DNA from: a virus
Taxonomy: Duplodnaviria > Caudoviricetes
DNA length: 35,619 bases
Virus record (IMG/VR): IMGVR_UViG_3300004633_000020
Location: 1-35,619 of that record
Strand: one strand, 5' to 3'
Part shown: positions 31,391-35,619 of the stretch, in pieces
Position numbering within the stretch: the stretch's first letter is position 1
Layout of the letters: each line of letters opens with the position of its first letter
Notes under the pieces: generated by a model
The model's input: the letters and a program-made list of their open reading frames with translations, nothing else
Told to the model about the DNA's origin: nothing
The model's database searches: none
Program-made: the position numbers and the translations under genes

Positions 31391-31792
31391 ATGGCTCGAC
31401 ATCACGGGAAAAGTGGATCAGTGTTGCTGTCCACGACGGGCAGCGGGACGCCAGCGGCGACGGTGTCGCTGTCGGCGTGGACCTTGGACATGGATACGGA
31501 CCTGGTGGACGTCACCTGTTTTGGGGATACCAACAAGGTGTTTGTGCAGGGCTTGAAGAATACCCAAGGCACGTTCAGTGGGATCTGGGATGACACGTTT
31601 GATGCGTTGTTTGTCGCGTGCGATTCGCCGACCGGCTGCAAGATCGTGCTCTATCCTGACATTGTCAACTCGAGTGGCTACTACTGGCGTGGAGACTCGT
31701 GGTTGTCGGCGAGCGTGGATGCCTCGAATACGGATGCCGTCAAGGTGAGCGCGAAGTTCTCGGCGCGCGGCAGTTGGACGCGCAATAGCTAG
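31391..31792 (+). CDS. Major tail (tube) protein
   Basis: HGK.G.V, WTLD...D.VDVT.FGD.NK.FVQGL, G..W.S; position in the tail module. Confidence 0.8.
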   Translation: MARHHGKSGSVLLSTTGSGTPAATVSLSAWTLDMDTDLVDVTCFGDTNKVFVQGLKNTQGTFSGIWDDTFDALFVACDSPTGCKIVLYPDIVNSSGYYWRGDSWLSASVDASNTDAVKVSAKFSARGSWTRNS

Positions 31793-31804
31793 ACTGGGGC
31801 AGCG

Positions 31805-32062
31805 ATGGCGGTGACGGCGACAGGCAAGGCAGGCACCATCAAATGGAGCTACTTGCCTGCCGTCGTGTTCGGCCCGTGGAGTTTTCACGGTGAAGGGGGC
31901 GGAGGGACCTTAACGGCGCAAATCGTCAGCTTCGATGAGTATCGGGTGTCGCAGCGCCCGCTCACAGCGGTGGTCCCCGCTGGCCGCGTGGAATGGCGGT
32001 GGAGCGTGACCGATTTGCAGATCTCCGGCACCACGTTGACGGCAACAGTGGTGCGACTGTGA
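31805..32062 (+). CDS. Small beta-rich tail-region protein
   Basis: Lies between the tube and chaperone genes. Confidence 0.65.
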   Translation: MAVTATGKAGTIKWSYLPAVVFGPWSFHGEGGGGTLTAQIVSFDEYRVSQRPLTAVVPAGRVEWRWSVTDLQISGTTLTATVVRL

Positions 32063-32109
32063 GACCCAGCGTCTAAGCAGCGCTGGTTATGGCGTCATGG
32101 TGGACGCGC

Positions 32110-32511
32110 ATGGCGCGATCGTGGTTTGTCACTCCGGAAACGGTCCAAGTACCGCTGCCCGAGGGGCAGTGGATCGAACTCAAAAAGCGGTTGACGGCAG
32201 GTGAGGCGCGGAAGGCGATGGCCAGTCTCGTGTCGGAAGTGCGTACCGATGGACGCATGACCCCGAATCTCGAGATGGTCGGCAAAGCCGAACTCCTCGC
32301 GTATCTGGTCGACTGGTCACTCACCGACGCGCAGGGCAAGCGCGTGCCGATTGATACGGCGGGCAAGAAGCTCGCGGCGATCGACAATCTCGATGAAGAC
32401 CGGTACACGGTGATCGCGGACGCGGTCGGCGAACACGTGAAAGCGATGACGGCGGAACGGGAGGCCGAAAAAAACGCGCCGGGCACGTCGACCACGTCCG
32501 AACCGACTTAG
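32110..32511 (+). CDS. Tail assembly chaperone (gpG-like); alternative start 32089
   Basis: Position before the tape measure gene; LVDWSLTD..G..VP; ends EKN at a slippery site. Confidence 0.8.
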   Translation: MARSWFVTPETVQVPLPEGQWIELKKRLTAGEARKAMASLVSEVRTDGRMTPNLEMVGKAELLAYLVDWSLTDAQGKRVPIDTAGKKLAAIDNLDEDRYTVIADAVGEHVKAMTAEREAEKNAPGTSTTSEPT

Positions 32512-32627
32512 CGATCTGTCGCATCATGCACTGGACGATGACCGACGTGCTCGCGCTTGACGCGGACACGTATAACCTGCTCGTCGAGATGCTCGACGAG
32601 GAAGCGCGCAATCGCGACTCGGGGTGA
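32469..32627 (+). other. -1 programmed frameshift site (A AAA AAC, 32469-32475) and gpGT-like extension
   Basis: The -1 frame stays open to TGA 32627: LAICRIMHWTMTDVLALDADTYNLLVEML. Confidence 0.8.
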
Positions 32628-32630
32628 GCG

Positions 32631-35619
32631 ATGGCTGTCTCTGCCAAATTCCTCGCTGACTTCACGCAATTCGATTCGGCTGTGCGTGGGATGGAGCAAT
32701 CCCTCAAAGGCTTGATGGATTACACCAAGCAGGTCGAGGGGCGTCTCAATCAATTTGGCGATCAGTTCTCGGGCAACAACGTCATCACGCAAGCGCTGTT
32801 GATGGCCGAAGCGCTGAAGAAGATTGGATCGGAAGGAAAGACGGCTGAAGAAATCGCGAGGCTGGGTGATGCGGGCTTAATTGCGGCGGCCAAACTCAAA
32901 CTCACCACCGCCGAAGTCGAGCAAATGGGTCGTGCTTCCAATGAGGCGGTCGACAAGCTGCAACTCATGGGCAAGACGGTGCCAGAGTTGCTGGACGTGA
33001 CGGCGACTGCGTTCAAACGTGTGGAGGAGAGCACCAAAGATTACGCACAGACCATTACCGGGCTCGCGGCGGCCCTCGCGACGGCCAAGGGTGCGTTCTC
33101 TGAACTCAAAGGGATTGTCACCGAATGGCTCGATGTGCATCGACGGGCTGAAGATTCGACCGTCCGGTTAACCACGGCGTTGCGGGCACAAGGTCAAGCG
33201 ATTCCCGAAGTGATCGATCTGTACAAACAGCTCACGGAGAAGTACAGCGACACGACCGTCTTCAGCGGGTCGTTGCTCCGCGAATCTGAGGCATTGCTCG
33301 TCCAGATCGGGAACGTGATGCCGGAGCAGATGGATAAGGCGTTGCAAGCCACCACCGATCTTGCAGCGGGCTTGCGCATTGATTTGGAAACCGCCGCGCG
33401 CATGGTAGGTCGTGCGATGGAAGGCAATGTCGGACCACTCCGGCGCTATGGCATTGAGATCAGTAAGGCGCAAGTCGCGGCACAAGGTGCCGCAGCCGTC
33501 TTCGATGCGATCGGCGAAAAGATGGGCGGTCAAGCGGCTGCGCAGGCCGAGACCTTTACCGGCACCCTCGACAAACTGGCCTCGGCGATCCATCACGTCG
33601 AAGGTGCGTTCGGCGATTTTATTGCGAGCGTCTTGAATCCTCTGATCAAGGGCTTTGTGGATCTGCCCGAGCCGGTACGGAATGCCGCGATTGCCATTGG
33701 GTTGTTGACGGGGACGATAACGGCGGCGGCGACGTTCTGGGTCGGGCTCGGTGGTGCGATCAAGTTGGCGTTGCCCTTACTGGGGGTCGAGCTGCCTGCT
33801 GCCGCCACGACCGGTGCGCTGGCGATGACTCTGTTCAGCAAAGCGATTCAGCTTGTGCAAGGGGCGTTGACGTTCCTGTTTACGACCCCGGTTGGTCTGG
33901 CCATTCTTGGCGCGGCGGCATTGGCCGGTGGGCTCTACTACCTCTATACCCAAATGAAGGACACGACTGATGAGACGATCCGATTTGGCCAAGAGGCGGG
34001 GGCGCTCCCGACGAAGTTATCGTCCTCGACCGAGCGTATCACCGGGCTGAGCGCTAATGTGGAGGACCTGTCTCAAAAGCTCGACCCGGATTTGGCCGAC
34101 GCGTTCGCGGAGGTGCAACGAAAAACGGCGGCATGGGATAAGGAAATGCAGGACGCGCAGGCGCACGCGGTGCAGATCGGCCACGAAGGGGACATGCTCG
34201 CCGAGCAAGTGCGGCAACAAGCGGCGAAGGTCAAACAGGCGCACGACGACGAGATCGCCTCGAACAAGAAGCGTGCGGCCGAAACGCTCGCGGCGGTCGA
34301 ACAGTTGCGCAAAAATCTCGCGCAGTATCAGGCCCCGGCGTACGACCCCAAGCCGACCCAAGAAGAGATCGACTCGATTAATCGGCGGGTGGAGGCGCAG
34401 AAAAAGGCGCGCGAAGAGGCGGAGCGTTATGAGAAGTCCGTTGAGTCGCTGACCCAGAAACTGGGCGGCGGTGGGGTGTTGACGACGGCGAAGCAGTACG
34501 AAGACGCATTAGGACGCATCGGAGGCGCCTCACAGTTGACGGCGCATTCAAACGAGGAAGTCGCCAAAGCCTTCCAAGCGGTGATCGATCAATACAAATT
34601 GATGGGCGAGGCCGGAAAGCCGATCGTTAAGCATTATCAAGATCTGCTCGATACGATTCCGAAAGTGCCTCCGGCGGTCAAAAACTTACAGGCAGAGTTT
34701 TCGACGTGGGGCACCACGCTCGATGCGAACGGCGCGCTGATGCGGACCACGATCGGGTACTTCCAGACGATGCCGCGTGATATCTCGGCGGCGGCGCAAT
34801 CAGTACACGCCTTTACTGATGAACTCGTGTCCTTTTCGGCGACCTATCACGGTGTCCGATCGAATCTGGCTGATATCGATTTGAGCAAGTTGATCATCGC
34901 CATGCCCAAAAATATCCAGAGTCAGGATCTGACCCATCAGACCACGGCAACGGAGAAGTGGAGTAAGTCGATTAGTGAATTGGCGAACTCGTTCGAGAAG
35001 CTCAGTCATACCGGCAAGAAAGCGATTGATGACATCGTCAAAGAGATTGCCAATCTGATCCAAACCTACGATCAGGTCGGGAAGGCACAGGAAATCTGGA
35101 CGAAGAACCTCACGCAAACCGACGAGAAAAACAAATTCTACAAACGCAACATCCTCGAGATGGCGGCGGCGTTGGGCACGATGGCCGCAGGCTTCATACA
35201 GGCCACAGGTGAGGGCAGTACGTTCTCTCGTACGCTCGGCGGCATGATCACCGGATCACAAATCGGGGAGTCGTTGGGGATGGCGATTGGGGGACCGATG
35301 GGTGCCGCGATCGGGAAGAGTCTGGGCGCGGCGATCGGGGCCACGGTCGGTCTCTTGCGCGGCTTGTTTGGCGGGCCGGATAAGCAAGAGTTGGAAGGGC
35401 GGGCGGCGGCACAGAAATTCATGGACGGCATGATCAAGACGCTGTCGACCGCGCAGCTCGCGGAGGCCGGGAATCAGCGGTGGGCGCAGGTCACGATTGC
35501 GGTGCGTGATGCGTATATTGCGGTTGGCAAGTCAGCGGCGGAAGCGGAGGACGCGGTCCGGCGGTTGTGGGCCGCTGAAAAGCAGGGCAAAGAAGCCGTT
35601 GATGCCGTGACGGCTGAGA
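32631..35619 (+). CDS. Tape measure protein (3' truncated; absent from the ORF track because it has no stop)
   Basis: MAVSAKFLADF start; long Ala-rich helical open frame; ATTDLAAG, L.RYGI, AETF.G; hydrophobic G-rich segments. Confidence 0.9.
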   Translation, partial: MAVSAKFLADFTQFDSAVRGMEQSLKGLMDYTKQVEGRLNQFGDQFSGNNVITQALLMAEALKKIGSEGKTAEEIARLGDAGLIAAAKLKLTTAEVEQMGRASNEAVDKLQLMGKTVPELLDVTATAFKRVEESTKDYAQTITGLAAALATAKGAFSELKGIVTEWLDVHRRAEDSTVRLTTALRAQGQAIPEVIDLYKQLTEKYSDTTVFSGSLLRESEALLVQIGNVMPEQMDKALQATTDLAAGLRIDLETAARMVGRAMEGNVGPLRRYGIEISKAQVAAQGAAAVFDAIGEKMGGQAAAQAETFTGTLDKLASAIHHVEGAFGDFIASVLNPLIKGFVDLPEPVRNAAIAIGLLTGTITAAATFWVGLGGAIKLALPLLGVELPAAATTGALAMTLFSKAIQLVQGALTFLFTTPVGLAILGAAALAGGLYYLYTQMKDTTDETIRFGQEAGALPTKLSSSTERITGLSANVEDLSQKLDPDLADAFAEVQRKTAAWDKEMQDAQAHAVQIGHEGDMLAEQVRQQAAKVKQAHDDEIASNKKRAAETLAAVEQLRKNLAQYQAPAYDPKPTQEEIDSINRRVEAQKKAREEAERYEKSVESLTQKLGGGGVLTTAKQYEDALGRIGGASQLTAHSNEEVAKAFQAVIDQYKLMGEAGKPIVKHYQDLLDTIPKVPPAVKNLQAEFSTWGTTLDANGALMRTTIGYFQTMPRDISAAAQSVHAFTDELVSFSATYHGVRSNLADIDLSKLIIAMPKNIQSQDLTHQTTATEKWSKSISELANSFEKLSHTGKKAIDDIVKEIANLIQTYDQVGKAQEIWTKNLTQTDEKNKFYKRNILEMAAALGTMAAGFIQATGEGSTFSRTLGGMITGSQIGESLGMAIGGPMGAAIGKSLGAAIGATVGLLRGLFGGPDKQELEGRAAAQKFMDGMIKTLSTAQLAEAGNQRWAQVTIAVRDAYIAVGKSAAEAEDAVRRLWAAEKQGKEAVDAVTAE

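Noticed and set aside
32469-32627. Tail chaperone frameshift as a novelty
   Set aside because: Well-established G/GT mechanism; listed as a feature only.
13059-35437. Long minus-strand ORFs over structural genes (e.g. 13059..14258, 16935..18101, 27610..28773)
   Set aside because: Antisense shadows with no recognisable motifs.

Overview
High-GC segment of an HK97-like tailed phage or prophage morphogenesis region. Order: split terminase large subunit (ATPase half, two small ORFs, nuclease half); an RHH gene; a ~10 kb opposite-strand island of about 28 small accessory/early genes, driven by four sigma70-type promoters that share a TACCN-N6-A(A/G)GTA operator; a prohead protease-major capsid fusion; a portal with a ~600 aa C-terminal extension; three cargo polyproteins; a collagen-like protein; five glycosyltransferase-like genes; neck genes; major tail protein; tail chaperone with a -1 frameshift; and the start of the tape measure gene. 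The most striking structure is at 16.5-23.7 kb. A ~21 aa peptide, K-GGxGSGNFGHxGRPGxxGGS, occurs six times, each time just before a different enzyme-like domain (ADP-ribosyltransferase-like, thioredoxin-reductase-like, an unknown domain, HDxxGH, HExxH, ParB-like). A ~45 aa N-terminal domain occurs four times, and a small gene with its own RBS is nested out of frame inside one polyprotein linker. I interpret this as a candidate tag-addressed, protease-processed virion effector-loading system (inference, untested). All calls come from motif recognition by eye; no searches were run.
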